The translations under genes were made by a program, and so were the position numbers. A stretch of 58,018 bases of DNA, filler included, from Sphacelaria rigidula (Eukaryota), in NCBI GenBank assembly GCA_964200075.2. It is 5 parts of 5 records of this genome, joined end to end, with 100 filler letters (N's around TTAATTAATTAA, not from the genome) between each part and the next. Parts side by side here need not be neighbours in the genome. Positions count along the whole stretch, not along the records: positions 23,252 to 34,774 come from CAXNAA020004832.1; positions 34,875 to 46,397 come from CAXNAA020004833.1; 3 more parts are not named here. One strand, written 5' to 3'. Position 1 is the stretch's first letter; each line of letters opens with the position of its first letter. Below, piece after piece: positions 26,201 through 39,279 of this stretch. The notes under the pieces were generated by a model, which was not told the origin of the DNA, did no database searches, and saw nothing but the letters and a program-made list of their open reading frames with translations.

Positions 26201-28639
26201 CTCCTTTCATTCTCGTACAAAAAAAAATGTTCTTAGTTGTCACAACCCTGTTAAAAAATAATTAGACAAATTGCGGATGGGTTTTTGTTTGAAGATGAGC
26301 GATGTTACTCATCACGGTCGCAGAGCACATTTGCATTTTTTTAATCGAAAGTTACCCGATGCTGTGAAGGTTCCCTACCTTCATCCTCAAAAAAAAAACC
26401 ATCTATTTTTCTTCGTGAAATAATGGGCTCGTGGTAATTTAAAGCTAATAAATATTTGCCGCAGCCCTACCGTCGCATGACTCATGAGCGGAGTTCGATT
26501 AATCAATCTTCAAATTATGCAGGCGGTAGTGTGCCGCACTGTTATTAGTAGCCCTCAGCCATCGAAGCTCCGAATCGCAGCCGGAGGAAGGCGGCCATTT
26601 ACCTGTGCGTGCGGTGGGTACTTCTTCAGAGTATCCCGCTACCGCGAGGCGGGTACCTGCGAGGCCACCACCTGCAGTCGGTCGTGAACGCGCAGTCCAG
26701 AAAATAAGTTGGAGGCGGATGACCACACGGGAGGGGGAGGAGCGGGGTGGGGGTAGAGATAGGGCCTGGCTCATCAGGCATGCCTGAGTTGTTGCCGGAA
26801 AGGCCCACTTCAGACGCGGGTCGCCTGAGACGAAGATTTTTGCCCGAACAGGTATTTCGGAAGTGAAAGTATTTCAGGCATGAATCCACCATTTCTGAGG
26901 ATCTGGCGTTCTAGATTCGTGCTGCTTGACGAGGCCAATACAACCAAACTCTACATGTGATCCATCCCACGGCTGCGACCTAGGCTAGCCTAGAAGCGGA
27001 TCTGTGCGTTGCACGCGGATTCTCATTCCGAAATTTAGGTTTAAAATTTAAATGTAACCGGAAGTTGACAAGGTGTATCCATCCCAGAAAAAATTGCGAG
27101 ACGCACAAACATCACACCCCAAACACCCGAAATTTTGAAGCGGGGACCAGCCCTAGCTTCGTACGTGTGCTCACTTTTGGAGACCATACGGGGGGGGGGG
27201 GTGGACAGGATAAGGTAATCATGATATCATACAACAGAAGCACCTCTCACCGGTGCCCCAACAGCATCTACTTCAGCATCGCCTAACTGATGGTGTGTCC
27301 CGCTGAGTCCCCTTGAGGGCGTGTTCATGGCCACACACCTGCGTGTAAGTACGGGGTGACGAAACCAGCAGCAGTAACGGGATAATTTCGTCGTTTCACA
27401 TTTGCTGATCCGCTACAAATCCACCCGTGACTGCAGCATAGACGTACGCGGTGTAATACACCGAACCGGTGCGAAAACACTTCTACAGGACATTCCCCTC
27501 ATGGGGGGCACCAAAACGTTGAGTAACGCTAACAACACCCGCGTATATCCCCAGATGATGAAGGCGTGCTACTGGGAACCGTAGGATGACGGGTAATGTA
27601 ATACTTTGGCATAACACTTTTTGCGCGTTCGGTCGTGCGAATAAATGCGACAACAGTGACGAAAAAAATCGTACAAATACGAGCTGGGCCGGCCATCAGT
27701 GATTCTCAAACGAAGAGTGGAGATGCTTTTGGCAATTCGAAGAGTTAGGCGCTGAAAATTTGACGTGACATTTTGATCATCAATCTACGCAACCCTGTGA
27801 GGGGTGCAGAGGAAGAAGGAAATAAAAACGGAACTTGGAGCGAGTTTAAGTTTCAGCAAAAAGAGGAAAGATGCTATAACTTCCTCAAACATTGATAAAA
27901 CGATGACAACGCCGCGGGACGTACGGGCACTCGCGTCAACTACATCCTTGTAAATTTTCAGCCAAAAATACGTAAAATTGGGCTTCGCGTCGCACTTTTT
28001 ATGTGACCCTGGTGGACAAACTGATACAACAGCCTCAAATGACACAGGTCACGAGTTCGAATCCCGACAAGACAAAAAACGTTTTTGTGTGCACACTAAT
28101 CGTGCAAAATCTCTCGTACCTCTGGGTTGCAAAGGGTCTCGATGTTTTGGTGGTGGTCTTACTTTTGGGGGGGATATAGCGCAGTTTCAAGTAGCACTTC
28201 TCCCTCGTGCGGTGATAAAGGCCAGTTGGCTCGGAAGTTCTCTCCCATCATGGAGCTGATGACGACCTTGATGCCATCTTGCAGCACGACCAGTGTGCTC
28301 TTGCCTGGGCATGTGTGCGTGTGCCTATGCGGCGCAACGGTCTATCGTAATTCCACCGCATTTTGTGAAACGAAACGTCTCCAGACACGCTATCGCACAA
28401 AGAATTGGGACGTACTCGGTACTCAATGCAGTGTAAATAACATCATCGCGAAAAGTGCACCAATCGAGCAGCGGCAGTGCCTTGTGTTACCAGATAAGTC
28501 TGCAGTTCACAGCGATATGCTCAGGTCGTGCTGATTTGGGAAACTTGTGGTGACGGCAGAGAATGCTGGGTTTACTGCCAGCCCAGCTCGTATGGTTCTG
28601 GCTCACGTGTCCGAGTGTAGTGGTCCGCATTAGTATTGG

Positions 28640-28890
28640 ATATCGTATCGAAATATCGTTATCGTTATCGTTATCGCATCGAAAGGAGTCCGATGAAGCG
28701 AAAACGATCACGATAACAATAACAATAACCTCGATACGATACGATACGACACGATAAAAGCTACTTTTTTATCGATATCGTTATCGCATCGGAAGCAGTC
28801 GGATAAAGCAATAAAGGTAACGACAACTTCGATACGACACGATACGATACGATACGATACAACACGATAAAAGCTGCCCTTTTATCCGAT
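28640..28890. repeat. (GATAC)n / (TTATCG)n low-complexity duplicated repeat
   Basis: Two ~115-bp blocks of the form ATATCGTTATCGCATCG...CGATACGATACGACACGATAAAAGCT. Confidence 0.8.
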
Positions 28891-29324
28891 TAATGAGTGA
28901 CTATTCATCATACAGCTGGTGAGGTGAAAGTGTTAGGCTGTTGTTCATTCCGCTTTTCGTGCTGGCGCTGTGTGCTCCTAACTTTCGGCAAGCATATGCC
29001 TTAAGGAAGGGCTTCTGCTCGTTGGTCATGCTACGTTGGGGTACCTTAAAATTTCTCACACGCCTGCTCATAAATATGTGCTAATTATGCCTCCTTTCTG
29101 TCTCCCTTCGACTTTTCGTTTCATGCGTGTTATTTTTTTGCGCGCCCAATGCTTTTTCTGGTGTCTGGGGGTTCGCGTAGTGTATGTTGAAAACCGTCTA
29201 CTTCAACCTAAACGCTAAGATGATGGTCACAATAATCGCATATTCATATGTAATCCAATACAGAGTTGCCCAGGGTGCCTTCATGCCCTTTTGTGACCTA
29301 TTGTCCTCGACATGGAGTACACGC

Positions 29325-29463
29325 GGTAGCATGTGTGACACGGAGTTCTACAAGTTGCGGATATATATTCTTCATTATCCTTGGGAACGTTCAGGTAGCA
29401 TGTGTGACACGGAGTTCTACAAATTGCGGATATATATTTTTCATTATCCTGGGGAACGTTCAC
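29325..29463. repeat. 70-bp tandem duplication
   Basis: GGTAGCATGTGTGACACGGAGTTCTACAA...CATTATCCT.GGGAACGTTCA occurs twice. Confidence 0.9.
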
Positions 29464-29913
29464 AAGTGAGCATCGCTTGGCTCTAAGGTTTCGATGTTGG
29501 CCGCTGGACAAAAATCGTGTGCAATAAAATAATCTACGGCGATCTCCCCAGATTATTGGGCAAACTGGGGGGGGATCGGCAAGCACAGATTTTTGCACAT
29601 GAAGTTTTATTCAGCGGCCAATCTCGAAACCTCGGAGCCAAGCGAATCTGAAAAGCAGATTAGGCTCCTTCCTCTCTGTGGGGTGATGCAAAGTATCCGA
29701 GACGTGTATGTTGGCGAGTTTCCCTGTTCGGGGGCCAAAAAGTGGGTCAAACGTCCCAAAAATGGACAATCCGTAGGCCAAAAATTTGTTTGCCACAACA
29801 TCCGGCCTTAGCACGGGATTTACAAATGACGGATTAGTTTTTTAGGATGAGTGAGGCCGCATATCGCGGCCGGACACGGCGTTTACACTTTTTTCAAAAT
29901 ATTTCGATTGTTA

Positions 29914-30413
29914 GGCTGCTCCTCATAGCAGACGAGAACAAAAGTGTGGAAAATTGCCTTTTTGGAGCTTCGACGTGGTTTTGCGCCCTAGAAGGGAGCT
30001 GGCCGGATTTTGACACCTTGGAATGACTTGTTATACTCGTGGAGACAGTTTCAGCGAACCTGTGCGTTCTCCCGGTGGCCGTAGTTTTTTCCTTGCCCAA
30101 CCTTGCGTTTTCTCGGAGACCGCTCATTTTCTCCAAGACTTGTCAAGTCTAGAAAAACTACACGATTTTTTGTGGACTTGACCGATCCCCGAGAAAAATG
30201 AGCGGTCTCCGAGAGAAACACAAGGGTTGGCAAGAAAAAAACTGTAGCCGCCGGTAAAACGCATAGTTGTGCTGGAACCGTCTCAATGAGTACAGCAAGG
30301 TAATCCAAGGTGTGAAAACCCGCTCAGCTCTCTTATACGGCGTAAAACAACGTAACAGTTCCAAAAAGGCACTTTCCTAGATTTTTATTTCTTGTCTGCT
30401 ATAAGGAGCGGCC
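29914..30413. mobile_element. PIF/Harbinger-like (Tourist-type) fold-back MITE
   Basis: TTA|GGCTGCTCCTCATAGC...GCTATAAGGAGCGGCC|TTA: 3-bp TTA target-site duplication; the arms are complementary over ~240 bp. Confidence 0.85.
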
Positions 30414-31849
30414 TTATGAAGGTTCTCAAGGCTCGTGCTTGAAAGCAAATCCATCCGCAATTTATGAAATCTCATGTTCTATGCTCCCGAGGCTGCTGGA
30501 AATGCTCCGAGTAGTTATGTCGATGACTATTTTGTCGATTTTGCTCCTGGTTGTGCTCGTTTGTTTTTGATGCAATTTACTCATACTTCGGCGGCCAGAA
30601 CGAGTAAGGCTCTCTCATGATTGTTGGGCTCTGTCAAACCCAGACACGTTCATTTCTCCTGGACTGGGGAACCTTCAATACAGTAAGCCAATTTTGATGG
30701 GAAATGAAGCCAAATAGCACAATGTTCTTGCCTCCGACATCGCCTCGCCGCGGGTCCCCCTCGTCAGCCGGGGGAGGGGGGGGGGGTTGGGGCTCGCGCG
30801 GCGAGCGGACTCCCAGCTCACTGGGCGAGCCTGCTCGCTGCGCTCGCACTTCGGCGTCGCCGAAATTTACCGAAATTTATCAAAATTTATCAATATCGAA
30901 CGCTGGAGATGTCGATATCGTGTCAAAGTGGTGAGTGGTTCGATATTCAACACTAATGTTCTCGCCTTCAACATGACATGAGCGCTGGGCGCTCTTCCAT
31001 GTCGTCGCCGTAGATAGCTTCCAACAGGATGTGGCGACCGGCGGGCCGCGCGCTACTTGTGGCTTTGGATGATATGATTGTCCCCATCACCTTGCCACAC
31101 AGCCCGTTGTGGTCGGGGTGGACCGCGATTTCCCTCTTTGTTGCAAGCGGCAAATTCTCTTCGAAGGGCATGGGCGTTGCGGCGCACATACGGTACAGTA
31201 CGTCTCTCCGACTGCAGCAGCAGCTCCCGCTGCATACTCCCTTGCACGTTCTGGGCAGTTCTCCGCGACGGAGATCAGCTGCCAATACACGACGTGTTCG
31301 TTCCCGTAGACTACATACGACCTCCCTGCATGTTGTGCCGCCTCAGCACAGGGACACCTAAAACTCATGCCTCTGGCTCCGTCTCTCGTTCCATGGTGTT
31401 GCTAGAGTCAGCCGCCTTGTGAAGATGACCACATATATAGTAGGGTACGATTTTCTCGTATTTCCCCCGAGCGCATTTTGTTAGTGTAATTACTATGTTT
31501 TACTAAAGGATGGTAACCCGAAATAAACTCGGCGGAATGGGGGAAGGACTTATATAAAATTCAATTGAGATGACAAAAAAACGGGAAAGAACTCCCCGAT
31601 CACCGCGACTTTCTTTTGCTTCGAAGGTTTTTTTGTGGACCAGGGGCAGGGTACACACACAAACTCGGCAGTGACAACACTCCCGGCGACAACCCTCCCC
31701 CACTGGTCGTTCGGAGTGGTCGATGAATTTCGCCTCGCTGTGATTGGGCAGGTCGCTGCCAGACTTTTTTATTATTGCTATACTGACACATGGTGAACCA
31801 CTTGCTACTAAAGACTAGTCCCAAAAGGGTTAAGAACCGCATACAACCA

Positions 31850-32470
31850 GACTTGCTCTTGTCTTGGGTTGACGGTGTAGACATTCACAAATTAGTCGAC
31901 ATGAGCCACAGGACTTTGCCAAGGGTGCCCCTGTCATGAAGCTGATCTGAGGGGTGTGGGGTTGGCCAACAACGCGAACCCAGACACGAACGACTGCGTC
32001 GACTCCGAGATACGGAAATTTGTCAGGAAAGGCTGTGCGGTACGATGGACGGAGATAGTGGACGCCCACGCCCAAGCAAAGCCACGCATATCGCGTTAGG
32101 GGTATAACCGTCGAAACAACGCCTGATCTGGGACGGCCGATGGCTGAACCTCATGTGCAAGGATGTGCCGTTCAAGATGGTTGGGGTGGGGAAGATGGCC
32201 CAGTGCTCGTGGCAAGGCGCTTACCAGGTTACGATAGACCACAAAACAGGCTTTCACCCTGTGCCCCGCCACCCAGCATGTTGGGAATACTTCGATTATG
32301 AGTCGAACGGAGAACATTGCGTGTGGACAATTCTCTGTTTCGGTTGGTGCAGCTCCCTCTACATTTAGCACGCACTAAGCGAGGCGGTGGCACAGTACCT
32401 GCGACCTCGAGGACTACCCAGTACTGGCATGGAACCATGATTCTTGGCGACGGCTTTCCGCTCGACAAAA
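31850..32470 (+). mobile_element. Decayed DIRS/Ngaro-type (tyrosine-recombinase retrotransposon) reverse transcriptase fragment
   Basis: Reads ...VDSEIRKFVRKGCAVRW...ALGV*PSKQRLIWDGRWLNLMCKDVPFKM...TIDHKTGFHPVPRHPACWEYF...WTILCFGWCSSLYI*HALSEAVAQYLR...VLAWNHD. The motif order fits DIRS-like RTs; stops and frameshifts present. Confidence 0.75.
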
Positions 32471-34493
32471 CATGGTTCACCTGGCACCAAGAAAGCGGCA
32501 GCAAGCTCGGTGCCTCTTCTATTACTGCGGATACTTCATGCCCATCCCCAAATGCCAAGTATAGTAGTTTCCCGCTGAATTGGGGTATTTTTTTGTAATT
32601 TTTCGTAGGAGGCGATTTTCAATTGTTTTTCCGCCTGCCATCGATCACCAGCGAACGTTTGATCCCGACGTTTGGGGCTCGAGAAATACTATTAATAGGC
32701 ATCCGCTCTACATCCCGAAACAAAAACATCTCTGCGCTCAATACTAAAAGGCTTACGGGCTGAATCGACAGGGGGTGTTATTAACGGTTTTTGCTCCAAA
32801 GCACAATACTTTTCGACTTTAGCGCAACTCACAGGTAAAACAGAATAGGGGTCTGTAACAATGTTCACGAGAGCGATCGGGACTGGTCCACGCCCCCCTG
32901 TGCTGTACTCAATTTTCGTGGTTCGTTTTTTTTTTTTATCGTGCACATTTCTTCCTGAGCACTAGAAAGTCCTAGCATCAACAGATATTGGGGGGGAAAG
33001 CAGGTCGTGCTCAGGACACGGTCCTCAAGCTGGTGTTGTAGAGGTGATACGGAGTATGTACCTCGTTAATGATGGGTTGTCATCGACCGTCATCGATACA
33101 AAAAACACAGTTTTTCGACTCTAGCGCAACGAATAGTGAGGAATCAGTAAAAAAAGACATGTATTCATAAGAACGTTCGGGATCGCTTCAACGGAGCAAA
33201 AATCTCCATGGGTCAGAACCTGGGGCTGGGTAGTCGCAGGAGCCCCGAAAACCGCTCATCCCATAAGTTGAGTGCAGAGATAATTTGTTTCGGAATGTGG
33301 AGCAGATGTTTAGTATCTCCTGATCCCCAAACTTTGGGATCAAATGTTCCTAGGGGTGAGCAGCGGTACCCGAAAAAACTATTAAAAATCGCCGACTACG
33401 AAAAAAGGACAGAATCCCAGTATTTCATCTGCAAGCTACTGTAAAGCCCATAACGAAAATTATGTTGTTGCGAATTTTGTGCGACACGGAAAACTGTAGA
33501 TTTGAAGTCCCAGAGGGTAAGCTGATGAAGTTAGAGCACGTCTTCGACGATGCTCTCGTCATGACAATACTACTTCCACCACGCTTGAGAAGCTAACGGA
33601 AAAGTGCACCAGCATGTCAGTAGCCGTACTGGCAGCCAGTTTGTACCAGTTCCACATGTACAAACAAATCGCGTAATACAGGGAGACGAGAGAGGAACAT
33701 ATCACCGCAACGATAGAGCTCTCTGCTAATGGTGGTTTTCGGACCGAGGTAACCGCATGGAGGGAACTCTGAGACAATATGAATAGCGCGGCCTAGCATA
33801 GCCCAGCTCATCACATCACAGAGGCCCGACAGACGCCTCCTCGCTTGCATGGGGCACGGTTGTTCGAGGCCTTTCTGGCGTCACTTAACCCTTTTGGGAC
33901 CGGATCCTGTGTTGGTGAAATAATAAAAAATATGTCTTCGAGCGACCTGCCCAATCACGGCGAGGCGAAATTGATCGACCAGACCCGAACGATCAGCGCG
34001 GGGATTGTTGTCGAGTGTAATGTCATTGCAAAGATCGTGTGGGGGCCCTATCCCTGGCCCAGATAAGCCTCCCCAGGTTTCTAAGTGCAGGGTGGTCGCA
34101 GCTTGGTTTTATGGCATTACTTGCTCTCAGTATACCGTTCCCGAGTTTTTCCGGAGTGTTTTTCGGGTCCCAATTATGTACTAAAACGTAGTAATTTACA
34201 CTAACACAGGGTGGACCGGAAAAAACCGGGAAGGAGTGTACATGCCACAATGTGGTCATTTTCACGAGGCACACAATCCAGGTGGGCTGTGGAAAGACAA
34301 AAGGAGCTACCGTACTGAATTCTGCGTATCCCTCTGCCGATGACTTGCAGTGTGCAGTCCAAATGTATGAGTGGACGGGGATGATAAAGCTGTTAATAGG
34401 CAGCTGATTTCGGTAGCTGAGAATTGCCCAGAACGTGCAAGGGAGTATGCAGCGGCAGCTGTTGCTTCAGTCGAAGATGTGTACTATACTTCT

Positions 34494-34774
34494 TTGATTG
34501 ATTGATTGATTGTCGCACTTTAACTGACCCCCCCGGGGTCCACCCGTGGTCTCATGATGGACGTACCCAAGAGAAACGGAACTCAAACACGCTCTGAGGA
34601 AAAGAAAAAAAAAAGGAACAGATACAGAAAGAATAGGAGCAGAAAAAGAAAAAAAGAGAGTGGTCGAACAGAACGACATATCAGACTAAGTCGTGAAAAA
34701 AAAAGTAATAAAAAGTCAACATAAGCAAAGCACAGAAAGAAATGGCCGACCTAAAGCAAGAAAAAGGAAAACAA
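34494..34774 (-). mobile_element. (CAAT)n-tailed retroposon-like repeat
   Basis: TTGATTGATTGATTGTCGCACTTTAACTGACCCC; reverse complement of the family 3' end. Confidence 0.75.
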
Positions 34775-34874
34775 NNNNNNNNNNNNNNNNNNNNNNNNNN
34801 NNNNNNNNNNNNNNNNNNTTAATTAATTAANNNNNNNNNNNNNNNNNNNNNNNNNNNNNNNNNNNNNNNNNNNN
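34775..34874. other. Artificial contig-joining spacer
   Basis: Same N44-TTAATTAATTAA-N44 structure. Confidence 0.98.
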
Positions 34875-34929
34875 CCCCTCCCTCCCCCTTACCTCACCTC
34901 TAGGCTCTTGGGTTGCTGTCGAGTGGCAA

Positions 34930-35812
34930 CGACGCTGTGAAACAAGCGACCAGAACCTAGACATGTAATATATAGACTGTCACCCTACCGGTCCCAAAAA
35001 CGCCCCTAGACAAAAGAAAGTCCCTGACCGACAACCACAATAGACATGCAAATACCTAGATAACCAATTCTACTTCCCCCCAGAAACACACAAGATGGGT
35101 ATAGACCTGATTCAACAAAGCTGTTCTCTTCGTTAACCTACCATAAACCCAGCCCGGACATAGACATGGAGTGGACAAGCTCACCCTACTTTTTATTTAA
35201 CCTACCATAACACCCCGGACATAGACATGGAACAGAGAAGCTAACCCTGCTTTTCTTTAATCTACCATGACAGAGTCCAGACATGGACATGAAATAGAGA
35301 AGTCAACCATCCTTTTTTTCAACCTGCCAGAACACAGCCCGAATAAAGTCATGAAATAGAGAAGCTAACCATCCTTTTTCTTCAACCTACCATAACACAG
35401 CCCGGACATAGACATGAAATAGAGAAGCCAACCATCCTTTTTTTTTAACCTACCATACCACAGCCTTGACATGGGCATGAAACAGATAAGCTAACCATCC
35501 TTTTTTTTCAACCTGCCAGAACACAGCTCGGATAAAGACATGAAATAGAGAAGCTAACCATCCTTTTTCTTTCACCTACCATAACACAGGCTGGACATGG
35601 ACATGAAATGGAGAAGGTAACCCTGCTTTTTTTCCAACCTACCACAACACAGGCTGGACATAGGCATGGAATAGAGAAGCTAACCATCCTTTTTCTTCAA
35701 CTTACTAACATACAGCCTGGACATAGACATGAAATAGAGAAGCTAACCCTGCTCTTTCTTTAACTCACCATCACACAGCCCGGACATGGACGTAAAATAG
35801 CGAGAAAAACGT
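34930..35812 (+). repeat. ~61-bp minisatellite array
   Basis: About 14 units of consensus AACCTACCATAACACAGCCCGGACATAGACATGAAATAGAGAAGCTAACCATCCTTTTTTTC. Confidence 0.92.
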
Positions 35813-36199
35813 ATACTTCCTCTGTCCCATAAGTCTGTGGGGTTATGGGCGTGTAATTTTTTGCGCACTTATACTTTTCCGATCATCCTATAGTTAGGTT
35901 CGTTGGAAAGATGAAGTCTCAACGAAGCTGATGCAAAAAAAAAGAAAAAGAAGCCGGTTGTTCATGCTGAAATAAAGTCAAAATATGCCCATTTTGGCTC
36001 ATTTTTTAGATTGTTTTCGAGATTTTTATTGAGAATTCGTGTTTACCACCCCTAGACTTAGCCCACAGACAACGCAATACCATGGACTTGCCCCCAAGTA
36101 CCCCCCCCCCCGTTGCAAGGGCGACGAACTATCCATGGGCAACCGCATTGCTATCGCGGTGGAGGTTGCGAGGACAACTAATCGTTTGTTTTCCCCTGG

Positions 36200-39170
36200 G
36201 GACCCCCAAGTGTCTTGTTTTTAGTGTGGGACCCCCAAGCGTCTTGGTTTTAGTCTGGTACCCCCAAGTGTCTTGGTTTTAGTGTGGGTTCACTATTATA
36301 CGGGTTTTAGTATGGGGGGATGCGACATGGATTGTTGAGTTGGAGCGTTGAGTAGAGGGGGGCGCCTACTGTTGTTTGGTTTGCCCCCCAAGTGTCTTGG
36401 TTTTAGTGTGGGGTCACTATTATACGGGTTTTAGTATAGGGGGATGCGACATGGATCGTTGAGTTGGAGCGTTGAGTAGAGGGGGGCGCCTACTGTTGTT
36501 TGGTTTGCCCCCAAGTGTCTTGGTTTTAGTGTGGGGACGCTATTATACTGGTTTTAGTATAGAGGGATGCGACATGGATCGTTGAGTTGGAGCGTTGAGT
36601 AGAGGGGGGGGGCCTACTGTTGTTTGGTTTGCCCCCAAGTGTCTTGGTTTTAGTGTGGGACCTCCAAGTGTCTTGGTTTTAGTGTGGGGACGCTATTATA
36701 CTGGTTTTAGTATGGAGGGATGCGACACGGATCATTGAGTTAGGCAGGGACTGTGCCCGGAAGGGGAAGGGGAGTGGGCACAGCGGCGTGAAGCAAATAG
36801 ACGAAGGGCAACGCAGAAACGGGAAAATCAACCAAGCAAGGGAAAGTAGAAGCAAAAGCGACGGAGAGAGAACAGTAGACAACACGAGAGCGGATAATGA
36901 TTCGGGAAGATAGTTGAGAATAGGATCCTCGAACGTGTGTGCGTTTGCCACAGACAAGCGCAAAAGAGAAGAGATAGCGCAATAAGTGAGTAAGCACGAC
37001 CTGGATATGATGGGAATTCAAGAGTCATGGGAGGAAGAAGGGACGGAAATAGGATACAAAGTTGAAGAGTACGCATGGATAGGAAAAAAGCGGAAGTGAC
37101 AGAAGTCCAAGAGCAGGGCAGCGGGGGTTGTAGGATTCTTAGTCAGGGGATATCTGTGTGACAGTATAGAAGTGATCGACGACACAAAATTCGACGAGAG
37201 CATATGGATAAGGGTACCAGGAGAGCGGAGTACGAAGGACTTTTTCGTGGGTAACATTTGCATGCCCTCATAATCAAAGAGTAGGGTGTACGATATACAA
37301 CGGAGATTTGGAGAAATAGCAGCAGACGCACATGAGTATAAAAGGCAAGAAAAGTAATGATCGTGAGAGATTTTGATGCAAGGGTAGGAAGTACAGGTCA
37401 GCCGGATGATATCATTCGGCAATACGGGAAAGATGAGAAGAACACGAATAGGGTAGAGATGCTCACGTTCCTCGAGCATAATGGGAGGACGACGCGGAAC
37501 ATTAAAGCACAAAAGCCAGAGGCGCGATAGACATGGACTAGAAAATGCAAAAACAATAGAGAATGCTCCGTTCTTGACTATATAGTGGTAGAGGATGGAA
37601 ATAGTGAAGAAATATAAGTACATGTATGCGCCGAGGACGTGGGAACCACATATCATAGCTTGATATGGACAGAAAGCCAACCGACGAGAGCTTAAAGAAA
37701 TAGGCGGGGTAGAAAGCTGTACAAATGGAGAATCGATAAACTAGATATGGAAAAGAAACGGCAAGAGTTCCAAGAGGACATGGCCCAGAATGCAGTGAAA
37801 TTTTCCGAGCTGTTGGAACACGTAGGTACAGTTTATACCGAAATGGAAAAAAATCGGGCAGGAGCGAATATCATAGATTGATGGGAACAGATCGCCAAGA
37901 ACACAGTGAGTAAAGTCACAGGGAGGAAACTGATCGTATGCAACAGAGCAGTGAAATGGTGGAATGAAGAAGTAAAGGAGGCTGTAAGAGTAAGGAGAGA
38001 GACCCACGCGAGATGGATATCAAGTAAAACTACGGTAGGATGGGAGGAGTATACCAAAGCTTGAAAGGAAGCGAGAAATGTGGTCCAACAGAAAAAGAAG
38101 GAAGTATGGAGAGATATAGCGGGGGAAAAACAATGAAGATTCCGACGGCGGGATGAAGCAAATGTGGGTTTGGATGAAAGGGATAACGAGAAACCAGGTA
38201 GGAAATATGGACAAGGGATAGCTACACTCCAGGCACAGAACTGTAAAATGGTCAGTAGTTCGAAGGGAAACAGAGAAGTGCTAGTAGAGCATTACCGTAA
38301 ACTAGTAACACCAGAAACAAGCACGGAGTTCGACAAGGAATTCGAAAAAAAATCAACGCGTGGGCAGAGGCAAATGTAGAGGCGTCAAAACGGTAGGATA
38401 GAGGCTCGATAGAATTGCCGAGAGAGATTACTAGAGATGAAGTAAAGGAGTGCGTAGCTAGACTCAAGAACAGAAAGGTAGAAGGGGCAGACGAAATAGT
38501 GAATGGATTTCTAAAGTACGAAGGAGAGGGAACGATTACCATGATGGCTATGCTGTATCAGTGGATATGTGAAAACGAGTACACACTCAAGAGGTGCAGA
38601 GAAGGAGTAGGCGTCAATCTTTTCAAACAAGGTGAAAAGGCTGACCCAGGGAACTATAGAGGGATAACGCTACTGAGCACGGTAGGGAAAACATGCTGAA
38701 AGATTGTGAACAATAGAATAGGAACGATGTGAGAAAAGGAAGAGAAAATCAGCGAGGTACAAGCAGGGTTTAGACCAAATCGTAGTAGCGTAGACCATGT
38801 GTACACACTAGGTAAGGTTATTCAGGGTATGAAAGACACTGGGCTGACAACGTACTGTTTATTCCTGGACGTGCAAAAGGCTTATGAGACAGTGTGGAGA
38901 AATGTGCTGTGGAAAAAGTTGTGGGAAGCTGGGATGTGGAGAAAGGTGAAGAAAATGACAGAATGTGCCAAAAGTGCCATGATGCTAGACAGGGAAATAT
39001 CGAAATATTTTGATATTTTACAAGGAGTGGCACGAGGATGCACGTTATCACCTAATTTGCTCAAGGTATTTATCAATAACTTGATAAAATCAATAGAAGC
39101 AGCAAATCAAGGGGTCAAGGTGGGTAAAGATCTGGTATCAGGTTTGATATTCGCAGATGAGAAATATTAC
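36200..39170 (+). mobile_element. Decayed LINE (APE endonuclease plus reverse transcriptase), truncated at the 3' side
   Basis: Broken frames from ~36915 give LRIGSSNV...DMMGIQESW (APE), then DPGNYRGITLLSTVGK, QAGFRPNRSSVDH, FLDVQKAYETVWR, QGVARGCTLSP and GLIFADE, with many stops and frameshifts. Preceded by tandem repeats. Lies just upstream of an internal lipase exon. Confidence 0.93.
36203..36735 (+). repeat. Tandem array of ~124-bp units with ~29-bp subunits at the LINE 5' side
   Basis: CCCCAAGTGTCTTGGTTTTAGTGTGGG recurs at ~36203, 36233, 36262, 36386, 36509, 36633 and 36662; three near-identical long units contain GCGACATGGATCGTTGAGTTGGAGCG. Confidence 0.92.
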
Positions 39171-39279
39171 AGAAACAGATAGACCACTGTACGGAACCAT
39201 CTTTACCGATTCCTCTCCCTCCCTCCACCTCCACCTCTTCCGCTCCCCCCGCTCTCTCTCCCGCTCGCTCTCTAATCAG

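Noticed and set aside
34930..35812. CRISPR-like ~61-bp periodicity
   Set aside because: The whole unit is homologous between copies, so there are no unique spacers. No cas genes are present and the context is eukaryotic.
36203..36735. Repeat-spacer-like array next to a reverse transcriptase
   Set aside because: The intervening segments are near-identical to each other, and the RT is a decayed APE-type LINE.
37018..37680. 220-aa minus-strand hydrophobic ORF
   Set aside because: It is the antisense shadow of the purine-rich LINE sequence.
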